From Polyangiales bacterium (GTDB lineage Bacteria; Myxococcota_A; Polyangia; Polyangiales; Polyangiaceae), in contig JBBRLQ010000006.1 in NCBI GenBank assembly GCA_038231275.1, forward strand, positions 224,001-288,000: DNA of 64,000 bases, read 5' to 3'. Positions 49,113 to 58,866 of the stretch are shown here, one piece after another (the stretch's first letter is position 1; each line of letters opens with the position of its first letter). The translations under genes were made by a program, and so were the position numbers. The notes beneath the pieces were generated by a model, which was not told the DNA's origin, searched no databases, and was given only the letters and a program-made list of their open reading frames with translations.

Positions 49113-50027
49113 ATGGGAATGGTGCGTGTGCGCGTTCTCCTCGCAGCCGGCGTCGTCGGCCTCGGGGTCATCGCTGTGGCGTGCGGCCTCGACGTCTCCG
49201 GATCCGGCGGGGGCGACACCGCCGACGGCGGTGATCCCGACGCCACAGTGGACGTGGTCTCGCACGACGCGCCCGACACGGGCGGCGACGAAGGTGTCGG
49301 CAACGTCGAAGGCGGCCCCGGACGCGACGGAGGCAGCGACGCCAAGATCGCGGACGGCGCGCCCGACGCCTACGACTCTGGGTGCGTCGCGCTGCAGCCA
49401 CCCGCGATGGTGCGCGTCGGCAGCGTGTGCATCGACGTGACCGAGGTGACGAACGATCAGTACCGCGCCTTCCTCGCGTCGCCGGCACCTCCGACGCCCA
49501 GCAGCGTGTGCACCTGGAACACGAGCTTCGTTCCCGACGCGGGAACGCCGCTGCAGGATACCTTGCCGGTGCTCGTCAACTGGTGCAACGCGCAGGCCTA
49601 CTGCCAGTGGGCCGGCAAGCGCCTCTGCGGCAAGCTCGGCGGTGGCAGCCTCCCCGACAACAACGACCCCGAAGATCCCACGAAGGGCCAGTGGGCTCAC
49701 GCGTGCACGAACGGCGGCGACGCGAGCACGATCTACCCGTACGGCGCGACGTACGACGCCAGCGCGTGCGGAACGCCGGTCATCCACCCCGTCGGCGTCC
49801 TCGGCACGTGCCAAGGCCCGGTGCAGGGTCTCTTCGACATGAGCGGCAACGTCTGGGAGTGGACCGACGCGTGCAACGGCTCGTCGGGGCAGCAAGACGA
49901 CTGCGCGCTCATGGGCGGCCAATACAACTCCGGCGATCCGAACCAGCTGAAATGCAGGAACCACGTGAGCGGCAAGCGCGCCGATCAGCCCTTCGGGGCG
50001 ACGGGCTTCCGTTGCTGCTCGCCGTAG
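49113..50027 (+). CDS. Formylglycine-generating-enzyme (FGE/SUMF1) domain lipoprotein
   Basis: AVAC lipobox, IDVTEVT..QY, VNW..A.AYC.WAGKRLC, DMSGNVWEW, GFRCC. Confidence 0.88.
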   Translation: MGMVRVRVLLAAGVVGLGVIAVACGLDVSGSGGGDTADGGDPDATVDVVSHDAPDTGGDEGVGNVEGGPGRDGGSDAKIADGAPDAYDSGCVALQPPAMVRVGSVCIDVTEVTNDQYRAFLASPAPPTPSSVCTWNTSFVPDAGTPLQDTLPVLVNWCNAQAYCQWAGKRLCGKLGGGSLPDNNDPEDPTKGQWAHACTNGGDASTIYPYGATYDASACGTPVIHPVGVLGTCQGPVQGLFDMSGNVWEWTDACNGSSGQQDDCALMGGQYNSGDPNQLKCRNHVSGKRADQPFGATGFRCCSP

Positions 50028-50031
50028 GGCG

Positions 50032-50076
50032 CCGAGGCCATTCTTCGTCGACGAGGCCAACGAAGAATGGCCTCGG
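50032..50076. repeat. Perfect 17-bp inverted repeat (hairpin)
   Basis: ccgaggccattcttcgt (50032-50048) / acgaagaatggcctcgg (50060-50076), just after the FGE stop. Confidence 0.8.
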
Positions 50077-50173
50077 GCACTACTTCCTGTTTTTTGGGAA
50101 CCGTGCCGGTTCCCTCGTCGCTTTGCGACGAGCCTCCCTCCGCGTGCTTTGCACCTCGTGCTGCGCACGAGAA

Positions 50174-50212
50174 GAGGGAGAGGGAGAGGGAGAGGGAGGG
50201 GGAGAGGGAGAG
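50174..50212. repeat. Polypurine (GAGAGG)n tract
   Basis: agagggagagggagagggagagggagggggagagggagag read directly. Confidence 0.8.
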
Positions 50213-50255
50213 ATGGTGTGCTTGGCTTGCCTGGGATAGCCTCGGTCGTCCAACG

Positions 50256-50903
50256 ATGAAGATCGGCAATCTTCTCTCTGCTGCGATCGGCTACGTCAAA
50301 GACAACCCCCAGGAAGTGGTCAAGGCCGCGATCAACGCGACCGGGCTTCGCTTCGGAGTGCCCCTCGCGGCGTTGCGATGGGGCGTCGCCCAGCTGAAGC
50401 CCGGGAAGAAGACGCCGAAGGACATCGAGATCGCGTCGTCTCCTCCCGCGCTGCGCCTCTCGGCGACGGTCGACGCGATGGGCACGCAGGTGCGCGCGTC
50501 GGCGGCGATCAAAGTGGACGAGGTGGAGCTCAGCACCGACGCCCTCCGCGTCGGCATCCGCCTGCGCGACGTTCGCCTGGAGCTCGTGGGCGAGAGCGAA
50601 TCGCCGGTGGCGACGCTCATCAAGTCGGGCGCGCTCGACTTGAGCAAGCCGGGCAACCTCGTGAAGTTCATCCCCAAGCGCCCTGCTGCGGTGGTCGAGG
50701 CGGACGGCGATCGCATCGTGATCGATCTCATGAAGGTGCCGAAGATCGCCCAGAACGCGCGCCTGCGCCGCATCTTGTCGGTGGTGTTCCCAGTGCTCAA
50801 CGTGCGCGCGATCGAGACCGATCGCGACCACCTGTACTTCGCGCTCAAGGCCTCGCCCACCGGGCTCCTGCGGGCCATCGACGCGATCCGCGCCGAGACG
50901 TGA
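50256..50903 (+). CDS. Hypothetical protein
   Basis: 215 aa, strong codon bias, stop overlaps the next start (GTGA). Confidence 0.75.
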   Translation: MKIGNLLSAAIGYVKDNPQEVVKAAINATGLRFGVPLAALRWGVAQLKPGKKTPKDIEIASSPPALRLSATVDAMGTQVRASAAIKVDEVELSTDALRVGIRLRDVRLELVGESESPVATLIKSGALDLSKPGNLVKFIPKRPAAVVEADGDRIVIDLMKVPKIAQNARLRRILSVVFPVLNVRAIETDRDHLYFALKASPTGLLRAIDAIRAET

Positions 50904-52174
50904 CCGCAGAGGCGCACGCCCGCAAAGTTCCTCGTTGGGTGATCCCTGTCGCGATCGTCCTCTCGACCCTTGCGGTCACGCGGATGCTCGTGCAGCAAAA
51001 GGCGCAGCGTCGCGCGCTCCGGGACGCTGCGCTGGTGTCGGCGAACGCGGGGACCGAACGCGAGCGGGACGCGCACGCGACGATCGCGCCGGACGGCCGC
51101 GTGGTGGTCGGGTGGACGGGCCTCCCGGCGGGCGCGACGGCGGGAGATCGCATCGGGCTTCGCGCGCTCGTGAAGGGATCGCACGCGTGGGGCGATCCGG
51201 CGTCGCTGCTCGCGCCCGAGCCGCTCCATGCCGGTCCGGTGCTCGCGTCGACCGACGACGGCGCGACCTGGCTCGCGTTCGCAGGAAAGCGCGTATACGC
51301 GACGCGCGCGCCGGCGGGCACGCTGGAGTTCGCGCCGCCCTTCGAAGCGGCGGGCACCGACGAGGGGATCGTCGCGGCAGCGCCGTGGCTCGCGGCGACC
51401 GGCAGCACCGCGTGGCTCGTCGCGCGCGAGGACCTGGGCGGAGACCGCGCGCGCGCCAGGCTCGTCGTGCGCGCGCTCCGTGACGGCGACGGAGGCTCTG
51501 CGCCTCGCGTGATCGTCTCCGAGGCGGACGGGCTCGCGGGCGCGCTGCCGACGATCTGCGTTGCTGGCCCTCACGTGTATATTGCATGGATTGATCCTTC
51601 ACGCGGCGTCGTGCTCTCCGCGGGCGACGCGACCGACGGCGGACCCCACTTCGCGCGTGAACGCGAGGTGGTCGTGTCTTCGCCGAACGAGGCTGTCGCG
51701 CTCGAGGCCCCGCAGTGCCTCGCGCACGAGGGCGAGGTGACGGTCCTCTACGGCCTCGCTGCGGCCGCGCTCGATCCCGGAAGCTCCACGCCCCTCGAGG
51801 CCGCGGTCCTCGCGCGGTCGGTCGACGGCGGTCGCACGTTCGGCGCGCGAACGCGCGTAGGTGAGCCGGGCCTCGCGCTCATGCATCCTGCCATGGCACG
51901 CGAGGCGTCCGGGACGATCGCGCTCGTCTACTACGCCGCGCGTACGGATCCCGACGCGTTCGCCGCGTTTCGGTGGCGCCGCGTGCCGGTCGTCGGGGGT
52001 CCGGCCGACGCCGCCCGCGACGCGCGCGCCCCGATGCGCCTCTCGCCGCGACGCTCCGATCCGAAGTGGGCCGGCGAGCACGTCGGCGCAGTCGCAGGCA
52101 GCGGCGTGCTCGGCGCGGCGTTCGTCGACAACCTCGAGGGCACGCGTGTGGCGTTCGTGGAGCTCGGCCCCTAA
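50900..52174 (+). CDS. Membrane-anchored sialidase-like/BNR beta-propeller protein
   Basis: N-terminal TM; Asp-boxes STDDGATW and RSVDGGRTF. Confidence 0.65.
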   Translation: MTAEAHARKVPRWVIPVAIVLSTLAVTRMLVQQKAQRRALRDAALVSANAGTERERDAHATIAPDGRVVVGWTGLPAGATAGDRIGLRALVKGSHAWGDPASLLAPEPLHAGPVLASTDDGATWLAFAGKRVYATRAPAGTLEFAPPFEAAGTDEGIVAAAPWLAATGSTAWLVAREDLGGDRARARLVVRALRDGDGGSAPRVIVSEADGLAGALPTICVAGPHVYIAWIDPSRGVVLSAGDATDGGPHFAREREVVVSSPNEAVALEAPQCLAHEGEVTVLYGLAAAALDPGSSTPLEAAVLARSVDGGRTFGARTRVGEPGLALMHPAMAREASGTIALVYYAARTDPDAFAAFRWRRVPVVGGPADAARDARAPMRLSPRRSDPKWAGEHVGAVAGSGVLGAAFVDNLEGTRVAFVELGP

Positions 52175-52242
52175 GCTGCGCGCCGGCGCAGGATGTGCGT
52201 CGTCGCGCGGGCGCAGCGCCGAGAAATTGGCTGCGTGCGTGA

Positions 52243-52258
52243 CGGCACGCCGCATGCT
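52243..52258 (+). promoter_or_regulatory. Candidate sigma54 promoter upstream of the CBS gene
   Basis: CGGCACGCCGCATGCT, GG-N10-GC; very close to the ATG. Confidence 0.45.
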
Positions 52259-52270
52259 CTGAGGCAGGAC

Positions 52271-52678
52271 ATGAAGCCGATCCCCGCTGTCCGAAAGTAC
52301 ATGACGACCACTCCTCATACGATCGGGGCCGAGCAGGCCATGTCCCAGGCGCACAAGATGATGCGAAGCAGCCGCATCCGTCACCTGCCGGTGCTCCACG
52401 CGGGCAAGCTCGTCGGGATCGTCTCCGATGGAGATCTCCACCTCATCGAGACGCTGAAAGACGTGGACCCGGAGCAGGTCACCGTCGAGGACGCGATGAC
52501 GCAGGCCCCCTACACGGTCGGGCCCGACACGCCGCTGGACGACGTCGTCAAGACCATGGCCGAGCACAAGTACGGTTCGGCCGTCGTCGTCGACAACGAC
52601 AAGGTGGTCGGCATTTTCACGACCGTCGACGCGTGCCGCGCCTTCGCCGAGCTCCTCCACGGGCGCCTCGCGAAGTGA
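52271..52678 (+). CDS. Tandem CBS domain protein
   Basis: YMT..P.TI...IRHLPV...LVGIVS and AMT..PYTV...VVGIFT. Confidence 0.92.
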   Translation: MKPIPAVRKYMTTTPHTIGAEQAMSQAHKMMRSSRIRHLPVLHAGKLVGIVSDGDLHLIETLKDVDPEQVTVEDAMTQAPYTVGPDTPLDDVVKTMAEHKYGSAVVVDNDKVVGIFTTVDACRAFAELLHGRLAK

Positions 52679-52745
52679 AGGGGCCCGCGCGCGACGGCCG
52701 CAACGTTTGACGCGAGGCGTCCGGGCACGCTACGGCAGTGCGCGC

Positions 52746-53342
52746 ATGGATCGCTTCGACCTGCCCGCGCTCGAGTCCTGCCTCGCGGGCTACGCGAGCG
52801 CGGAGGACTCGAGCGAGCCGGGCAAGCGCGCGGCGGTCGCGGCGATCTTGCGCGCCGGGAGCGAGGCGCACGGTGCGGAGATCCTGCTCATCCGCCGCGC
52901 CGAGCACCCGAGCGATCCGTGGTCGGGGCACATGGCGCTTCCCGGCGGTCGCCGTGACGACGGCGATCACGATCTCGAAGAGACCGCCGTGCGCGAGACG
53001 CGAGAGGAGGTCGGGATCGATCTCCTCGTGCACGGGCGCCGCCTCGCGCGCTTGCCTGATCATCCGGCGGTCGCGCGGGGCGTGCGTGTCGGGCTCGTCA
53101 TCGCGCCGTTCGTGTTCGCGCTGCGCCGCGACGTCACGCTCGCACCGAACGAGGAGATCGCCGAGGCTCTCTGGACGCCGCTCGCGCCGCTCGCCCGCGG
53201 CGAAGGGGGCGGCACCTTCAAGTACGAGCACGACGGCCAGCTCTACGATCTGCCCTACCTCGACGTCGGCGGGCGGCGCGTCTGGGGCCTCACGTACCAG
53301 ATGCTGCAGAAGCTCTTTCGCGTGCTCCGCGCCGGCGAGTAG
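52746..53342 (+). CDS. Nudix hydrolase, CoA pyrophosphatase-like
   Basis: WSGHMALPGG...TAVRETREEVG Nudix box, VWGLT. Confidence 0.9.
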   Translation: MDRFDLPALESCLAGYASAEDSSEPGKRAAVAAILRAGSEAHGAEILLIRRAEHPSDPWSGHMALPGGRRDDGDHDLEETAVRETREEVGIDLLVHGRRLARLPDHPAVARGVRVGLVIAPFVFALRRDVTLAPNEEIAEALWTPLAPLARGEGGGTFKYEHDGQLYDLPYLDVGGRRVWGLTYQMLQKLFRVLRAGE

Positions 53343-53351
53343 CCTTCGAGC

Positions 53352-53933
53352 TCAGGCGATCCCGCGCGTCGCGACGAACGCCTGGGGGATGTTGCCGATC
53401 GCCTTTGCGTAGGCGCGCTGCCACAGCGTCGTGGTGTCCTTCCCGAACAGGATCGACGCGTCGGCCGCGCCAGGGAGCCACGCCCCGCGCGAGAGCTCGG
53501 CGGCGAGCTGGCCAGGGCCCCACCCCGCGTACCCGACGACGAGGCGAAACGTCGAAGGTCCGCGCCCTGCGATGAGCGCCCGCAGCGCCTCGACCGAGCC
53601 GGTCACGGAGATCTCGTTGCCGATCGCGATCGACCCCGGGAGCAACGCATCGCGATGCTCCCGGCGATAGACGATCCACACCGACGCCGGCGACACCGGG
53701 CCCCCACGGAGCGCCGGGTGGTTGAACGTGTCGGGCAGCGAATCGCCCGCGGAGACCAGGCTCGTCGCGCGCACGATCGTCGCGGCCTCGTCGACGAGCG
53801 GACCGTTCAGCGTCCAGCCGAGCGAGCCCTCGTCGTCATGGACGCCGAGGAGCACCACCGCCCCCTCGAAATTGGGATCGCCGAGCCGCGGGGCTGCGAG
53901 GAGGAAGCCGGGCTCGATCGCATGGATCGACAC
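53352..53933 (-). CDS. YqgE/AlgH family protein
   Basis: LLAAP.LGDPNF..AVV, GGPV, GYAGWGPGQL..E...GAW; start could be 53969. Confidence 0.9.
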   Translation of the reverse strand: MSIHAIEPGFLLAAPRLGDPNFEGAVVLLGVHDDEGSLGWTLNGPLVDEAATIVRATSLVSAGDSLPDTFNHPALRGGPVSPASVWIVYRREHRDALLPGSIAIGNEISVTGSVEALRALIAGRGPSTFRLVVGYAGWGPGQLAAELSRGAWLPGAADASILFGKDTTTLWQRAYAKAIGNIPQAFVATRGIA

Positions 53934-53982
53934 AGACCAGATCGTACGGGGTACCGGAGCCCGTTGCACACGGAACGTGAGC

Positions 53983-54633
53983 TCATCCGCCGCGCGCGCC
54001 GTTTTTTCGAGAAAAAGACGAGGCGCGCGACGGGGAAGCGCCGTGGGTGCGTGTCGGATGGCTCAGCGACGCGCGTGACCCGCGAAGGCCGTCGAAGACG
54101 ATCGCGATGAGGCGCGCGCGGGAGTGTGCGTCGCGCTCGTGAGAACCGATGGCGGCGTGCACCGCGTGGACGAGAGAGAACACCTCGCCCACCTGGACGT
54201 CCGCCCGAACGGCGCCGGCGCGTTGCGCGCGCACGAGGAGCGCGCCGACGGCCCGGAGGCTCTCCACCTTGGCCTCCGTGCGGCGCGGGTCGAAGCCGGT
54301 CCCCGCGAGCGCCCTCATCAGATCCATTTTTACAGGCACGTCGTCGATGAGACGCGACAGGAAGGAGAAGAACGCCTTCCCTGGATCCTTCGCCCCTTCG
54401 AGCGCCCGCGCGTCGGCGGAGACCTGCTCCATCCGGCGAATGACGATCGCCATGAAGAGCGCTTCCTTCGTCGGGAAGTGGCGGTACAGCGTGCCGACAC
54501 CGAGCCCGGCGCGGCGGGCGATCTCGTCGATGGGGACGCCTAGGCCCTCGGAGGCGAACACCTCACCCGCGACGTCGAGGACGTGGTCGCGGTTGCGCAC
54601 GGCGTCGGCGCGGAGGGGCCTCTTCGCGATCAC
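53983..54633 (-). CDS. TetR family regulator
   Basis: LRADAVRNR, IARRAGLGVGTLYRHFPTKEAL; start uncertain. Confidence 0.9.
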   Translation of the reverse strand: MIAKRPLRADAVRNRDHVLDVAGEVFASEGLGVPIDEIARRAGLGVGTLYRHFPTKEALFMAIVIRRMEQVSADARALEGAKDPGKAFFSFLSRLIDDVPVKMDLMRALAGTGFDPRRTEAKVESLRAVGALLVRAQRAGAVRADVQVGEVFSLVHAVHAAIGSHERDAHSRARLIAIVFDGLRGSRASLSHPTRTHGASPSRASSFSRKNGARGG

Positions 54634-54665
54634 CGGCGAATCCGCAGGAGCGAGGCGGCCACGAG

Positions 54666-54687
54666 AAACGGAGTCATCGCTCCGATT
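54666..54687. promoter_or_regulatory. Candidate TetR operator
   Basis: AAACGGAG-N6-CTCCGATT near-palindrome between divergent tetR and SDR. Confidence 0.55.
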
Positions 54688-54821
54688 GTACGACAAGACG
54701 CGCGCCGTGGCGTAGGTCCGAAGAAATTTCACCGGCGGGCGCATGGGCCGCATCTTTTCGGGTCCGCCGGTCGTCGTCCGAGCGAACGGCCCGCGCGCCG
54801 TAGCTCAAGGAGACTGCGAAC

Positions 54822-55571
54822 ATGGAAAGCCTCGAAGGAAAACGAGTCCTCGTCACTGGCGGCAGCCGCGGCATCGGGCTCGGCATCGTGGAGGCGCTCG
54901 TGGAACGCAGAGCGCGCGTGACGGTCGTCGCCCGCGACGTTTCGCGACTGGACGAGCTGAAGCGGAGGCTCGATGTCGCCACCGTCGCGGCCGACGTGAC
55001 GGAGCGGTTGGTCGCTACGACGACGCTCCTCGCGGTGCGCCCCGACGTGCTGATCCTGAACGCCGGCACGTCTCCGCACATGGCATCGATCGACGAGATC
55101 TCGTGGGAGGAGTTCGGCAAGACCTGGAACCACGACGTGAAGTCCGCCCTCTTCTGGATCCAGGAGGCGCTGCGTCTTCCGCTGGCGCCCGGGAGCCGCG
55201 TCGTCCTCAGCTCGAGCGGCGCGGCGGTCGCCGGCTCACCGATGTCGGGCGGGCACGCAGGCGCCAAGCGCATGGTGTGGCTGATGGCGGGCTACGCGAA
55301 CGGCGTCGCCGCGGAGCGCAAGCTGGGCATCCGCTTTCAGACGATCATCCCGCAACAGATCCTCGGCGACACCGCGCACGGCCGGGCGGCCGCCGAGGCG
55401 TACGCGCGCAAGAAGGGCGTGACCGTCGAGGCGTTCCTCTCGAACTTCGGCAAGCCGCTGACGCCGCGCGACGTGGGCGAGCACGTCGTCACGATCCTCA
55501 CGGATCCTCGCCACGAGACCGGCCTAGCGTTCGGCCTGAAAGGCGAGGGCGGACTTCGCTCGCTCGACTAG
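54822..55571 (+). CDS. SDR oxidoreductase (atypical HxxxK)
   Basis: TGGSRGIG, LNAG; catalytic position reads GGHAGAK. Confidence 0.88.
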   Translation: MESLEGKRVLVTGGSRGIGLGIVEALVERRARVTVVARDVSRLDELKRRLDVATVAADVTERLVATTTLLAVRPDVLILNAGTSPHMASIDEISWEEFGKTWNHDVKSALFWIQEALRLPLAPGSRVVLSSSGAAVAGSPMSGGHAGAKRMVWLMAGYANGVAAERKLGIRFQTIIPQQILGDTAHGRAAAEAYARKKGVTVEAFLSNFGKPLTPRDVGEHVVTILTDPRHETGLAFGLKGEGGLRSLD

Positions 55572-55596
55572 GTCTCTAGCGCCCGCAGGAGAAACC

Positions 55597-56970
55597 CTAC
55601 AGCGCCTTGCCGGGGTTCAGGATGCCGTTCGGGTCGAACGCCGCCTTGATGCGCCGCATGAGCGCGTGCTCGGCCTCGCCGACCATCTCCGTCAAGTAGC
55701 CGCGCTTCAGGGAGCCGACGCCGTGCTCGCCGGTGATCGTGCCGCCGAGCTCCAGTGCGGCGCGGACGATCTCGTCGAACGCCGCGAAGGCGGTCATGCG
55801 CGACTGGAGATCGGCGCCCGAAAACACGATGGTCGGGTGGAGGTTGCCGTCGCCGGCGTGACCGAAGGTGCCGATGACGAGCTCGTGCCGCTCGGCGATG
55901 CGGGCGATGCGCTCGATCATCGTCGTGATCGCCGGCTTGGGTACGGCGACGTCGTCGAGCAGCGTCGTGCCGATGCGCTCGAGGGCAGGGAGGGCCATCC
56001 GGCGCGCGGCGAGGAGCTGCTTTCCCTCCGCGGGATCGTCGGTGCGCGCCGTGTCGCGCGCGTCGTTGGCGCGGCAGATCGACTCGCACTGCTCCATCAC
56101 CGCGGAGGCGTCCGGCGCATCGCTCTGGGCGATCACGAGCGCCGCGGCGGTGGTGTCGAGCCCCATCTTCGTCATCTCTTCGACGGCGGCCACCGTCGTG
56201 TGGTCCATCATCTCGAGGAGGGAGAGATCTGCGAGCGAGTCCATCGCCACGATTGCTTCGCCGGCCGACGCGAGCCGATCGAAGAATGCGATCAGCGTCG
56301 ACGCAGGGCGAGGCGCGCGGAGCAGACGCACCGTGGCCTCGACGATCACGCCCAGCGTCCCTTCGGAGCCCACGAGCAGCCGCGTCAGATCGAGGCCCGC
56401 CACGTTCTTCGTGGTGAGGGCGCCTGTACGGAGGAGGGAGCCGTCGGCCGTCACGACCTTCAGCGCGGCGACGTGGTCGCCGGTGACGCCGTACTTCAAG
56501 CAGCACGCGCCGCCGGCGTTGGTCGCGATGTTTCCGCCGATCGTCGAGATGTCGCGGCTCGCCGGATCGGGGGCGTAGAAGAGGCCGCGCGACGCGACCT
56601 CCGCGGCGAGGACGCCGTTCAAGACGCCGGGCTCGACGACGGCGGTGCGCGTCGTCGCGTCGATCTCGAGGATCTTGTCGAGCGCAGAGACCGAGAGGAG
56701 GATGCACCCGTCGACGGCGTTCGCGCCGCCCGCGAGGCCGGTGCCGGCGGCGCGCGTCACCACCGGGATGCGCCGCGCGTTCGCGAAGCGAAGGGTCCGC
56801 ACGACGTGCTCCACCGATCGCGCGCGCACGAGCGCGGTCGCGGCTCCGGCGGGGGCGAGCGGGGCCTGATCGCGCGAGTACGAAGCGACGATGTCGGGAT
56901 CGGTCTCGACGGCGACGCCGACCGCGCTCGCGAGCTCGCCCGTCCACCTGGCGACTGCGGCGGCGCTCAT
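55597..56970 (-). CDS. FAD-linked 2-hydroxyacid oxidase (GlcD-like)
   Basis: PDPAS, TIGGNIATNAGG, KYGVT, GSEGTLG, GHAGDGNLH, GEHGVG, DPNGILNPGK. Confidence 0.92.
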   Translation of the reverse strand: MSAAAVARWTGELASAVGVAVETDPDIVASYSRDQAPLAPAGAATALVRARSVEHVVRTLRFANARRIPVVTRAAGTGLAGGANAVDGCILLSVSALDKILEIDATTRTAVVEPGVLNGVLAAEVASRGLFYAPDPASRDISTIGGNIATNAGGACCLKYGVTGDHVAALKVVTADGSLLRTGALTTKNVAGLDLTRLLVGSEGTLGVIVEATVRLLRAPRPASTLIAFFDRLASAGEAIVAMDSLADLSLLEMMDHTTVAAVEEMTKMGLDTTAAALVIAQSDAPDASAVMEQCESICRANDARDTARTDDPAEGKQLLAARRMALPALERIGTTLLDDVAVPKPAITTMIERIARIAERHELVIGTFGHAGDGNLHPTIVFSGADLQSRMTAFAAFDEIVRAALELGGTITGEHGVGSLKRGYLTEMVGEAEHALMRRIKAAFDPNGILNPGKAL

Positions 56971-57713
56971 GACTCGGCCCCCTCCCCTTCGTAGAACGCC
57001 CGGATGTGGCCGGTGACGAGCTGCGACGCGCGCGCGCCGTGACCACCCTCGACGGCGACGAGGATCTCCTCGTGCTCCGCGGTTAGCTTCTTCATCGTGG
57101 CGCGTGGGTTCTCGACGCGGAGGAGCGCCTCGCCGAGGTGACCCGAGACGGCGCTGCGGAGGACGCCCATGACGAGCCCGAACGCGACGTTGCCGCTCGC
57201 GGCGGCGAGCGCGCCGTGAAACTGGAGATCGGCGGCGCGGAACGCCTCGATGTCGACGCGCGGGTGCTTCATGATCTCGATGGCCTTCCGCGCCTCCCCG
57301 AGCGCGAGAGAGTCGCCGCGCTCTGCGGCCTCGCGCAGCGCAGCCCCCTCGATCAGCACGCGGAGCGCGACGAGATCGGCGAGCGGCACCTGCCCGAGGC
57401 GAAGGACGTTCTCCATCGTGCTCGCGGCCATGCTCAGCGTTTGATCGGCGGAGACGCGCGGCCGCTGGGTGGACACCGTGTCCCCTCCCGAGAGGAGCCC
57501 CTGCGCCTGGAGAATTCGCAGGGCCTCGCGGATGGTCGAGCGACCGACGCCGAGATCGCGCGCCAGGTCCTTCTCGCTCGGCAGCTCGGTGCCGACCGAC
57601 ATCTGGCCGGACACGATGACCTCACGGAGCCGCCGCGCGACCGCGATGCTGAGCGGAGCGCGCTCGGCCGCGCTCAGCGTGAAAGGGGGCCGCGGCTTGA
57701 CGTCGGTCGCCAT
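56967..57713 (-). CDS. GntR/FadR family regulator
   Basis: LPSEKDLA..LGVGRSTIREAL..L...G HTH, FCD domain D..FH..LA.ASGN. Confidence 0.93.
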   Translation of the reverse strand: MATDVKPRPPFTLSAAERAPLSIAVARRLREVIVSGQMSVGTELPSEKDLARDLGVGRSTIREALRILQAQGLLSGGDTVSTQRPRVSADQTLSMAASTMENVLRLGQVPLADLVALRVLIEGAALREAAERGDSLALGEARKAIEIMKHPRVDIEAFRAADLQFHGALAAASGNVAFGLVMGVLRSAVSGHLGEALLRVENPRATMKKLTAEHEEILVAVEGGHGARASQLVTGHIRAFYEGEGAES

Positions 57714-57721
57714 GGATCTTA

Positions 57722-57758
57722 CATAGCAGCTTGACCGCTTGTCTGACAAGCTGCTATG
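57722..57758. promoter_or_regulatory. FadR-type operator with nested palindromes
   Basis: GCTTGTCTGACAAGC (57737-57751) plus CATAGCAGCTTG/CAAGCTGCTATG 12-bp arms. Confidence 0.7.
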
Positions 57759-57814
57759 GTCTTTTCACTTCGAATCGGGCGGCGCCGTCCCGTGCGCAGG
57801 AAGGAACGTGTCCC

Positions 57815-58420
57815 ATGAAGCTCGATCCCCAGAGCACCGCGCTCGTGCTCATCGAATTCCAGAACGAGTTCACCTCGGAGGGGGGCGTCCTCCACAAGGC
57901 GGTGGCTCCCGTGATGGAGGCGACGAACATGCTCGCCAACACGGTGAAGCTCGTCGACGCCGCGCGAAAGAAGGGCGTCACCATCATGCACGCGCCGATC
58001 ACCTTCAAACCCGGGTACGGCGAGCTGACGAAGCACCCCTACGGCATCCTCAAGGGCGTCGTCGACGGCAAGGCGTTCGTCAAGGACACGTGGGGCGCAC
58101 ACATCATCGACGCGCTCGCCCCCGCCGCGGGGGACATCGTGATCGAAGGCAAGCGCGGGCTCGACACGTTCGCGAGCACCAACATCGACTTCATCCTCCG
58201 CAGCAAGGGCATCAAGACGGTGGTGCTCAGCGGGTTTCTGACGAACTGCTGCGTCGAGTCGACCATGCGCACCGCGTACGAGCACGGGTTCGAGGTCATC
58301 ACGCTCACCGACTGCGTCGCGGCAACGTCGATGGAAGAGCACGCAAACGCGCTCAAATTCGATTTCCCGATGTTCTCGAAGCCGATGCCGTCGACGGAGC
58401 TCATCGACCACCTCGGCTGA
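57815..58420 (+). CDS. Cysteine hydrolase (isochorismatase family)
   Basis: ALVLIEFQNEF, IEGKRG, GFLTNCCVESTMR, LTDC. Confidence 0.92.
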   Translation: MKLDPQSTALVLIEFQNEFTSEGGVLHKAVAPVMEATNMLANTVKLVDAARKKGVTIMHAPITFKPGYGELTKHPYGILKGVVDGKAFVKDTWGAHIIDALAPAAGDIVIEGKRGLDTFASTNIDFILRSKGIKTVVLSGFLTNCCVESTMRTAYEHGFEVITLTDCVAATSMEEHANALKFDFPMFSKPMPSTELIDHLG

Positions 58421-58459
58421 GGGAAGGGTCGCACCCCCTCGAACGTATGCTCCGGCGCG

Positions 58460-58849
58460 ATGTTCTACGCCGCTGCTGCCGTCCTCGCGCTTCTCGGGCT
58501 GTGGTTCTTCACCCGGCAATCGGAGCTCTTCTGCCTATCGGTGCGCGAGGGTCGCGTGCTCGTGGTCCGCGGGCGGGCGCCGGGCGGCTTCGTCGCAGAG
58601 GCGCGGGCGATCGTCGGGCGCTCTTCGACGATGCGGGGCACGATTCGCGCGGTGAAGTCGGACCGCGGGGGGCGGCTGACCGTCTCCGGCGGGATCGACG
58701 CGGCCACGGCGCAGCGCTTGCGAAACCTCTTCTCCCTCTACCCCGCGGCGCAGCTCCGGCATGCCCCGGTCATCGAGCGCCCGAGCCTCGGGCAGTTGCT
58801 CGGCGTCGCGTGGCTCGCGTGGCTCTTCGATCGCTCGACGCGCGGGTGA
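58460..58849 (+). CDS. Small membrane protein, DUF3634-like
   Basis: N-terminal TM, LF...VR.G...RG..P, QRLRN. Confidence 0.65.
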   Translation: MFYAAAAVLALLGLWFFTRQSELFCLSVREGRVLVVRGRAPGGFVAEARAIVGRSSTMRGTIRAVKSDRGGRLTVSGGIDAATAQRLRNLFSLYPAAQLRHAPVIERPSLGQLLGVAWLAWLFDRSTRG

Positions 58850-58866
58850 GTCGCGGGTGAGAACGC

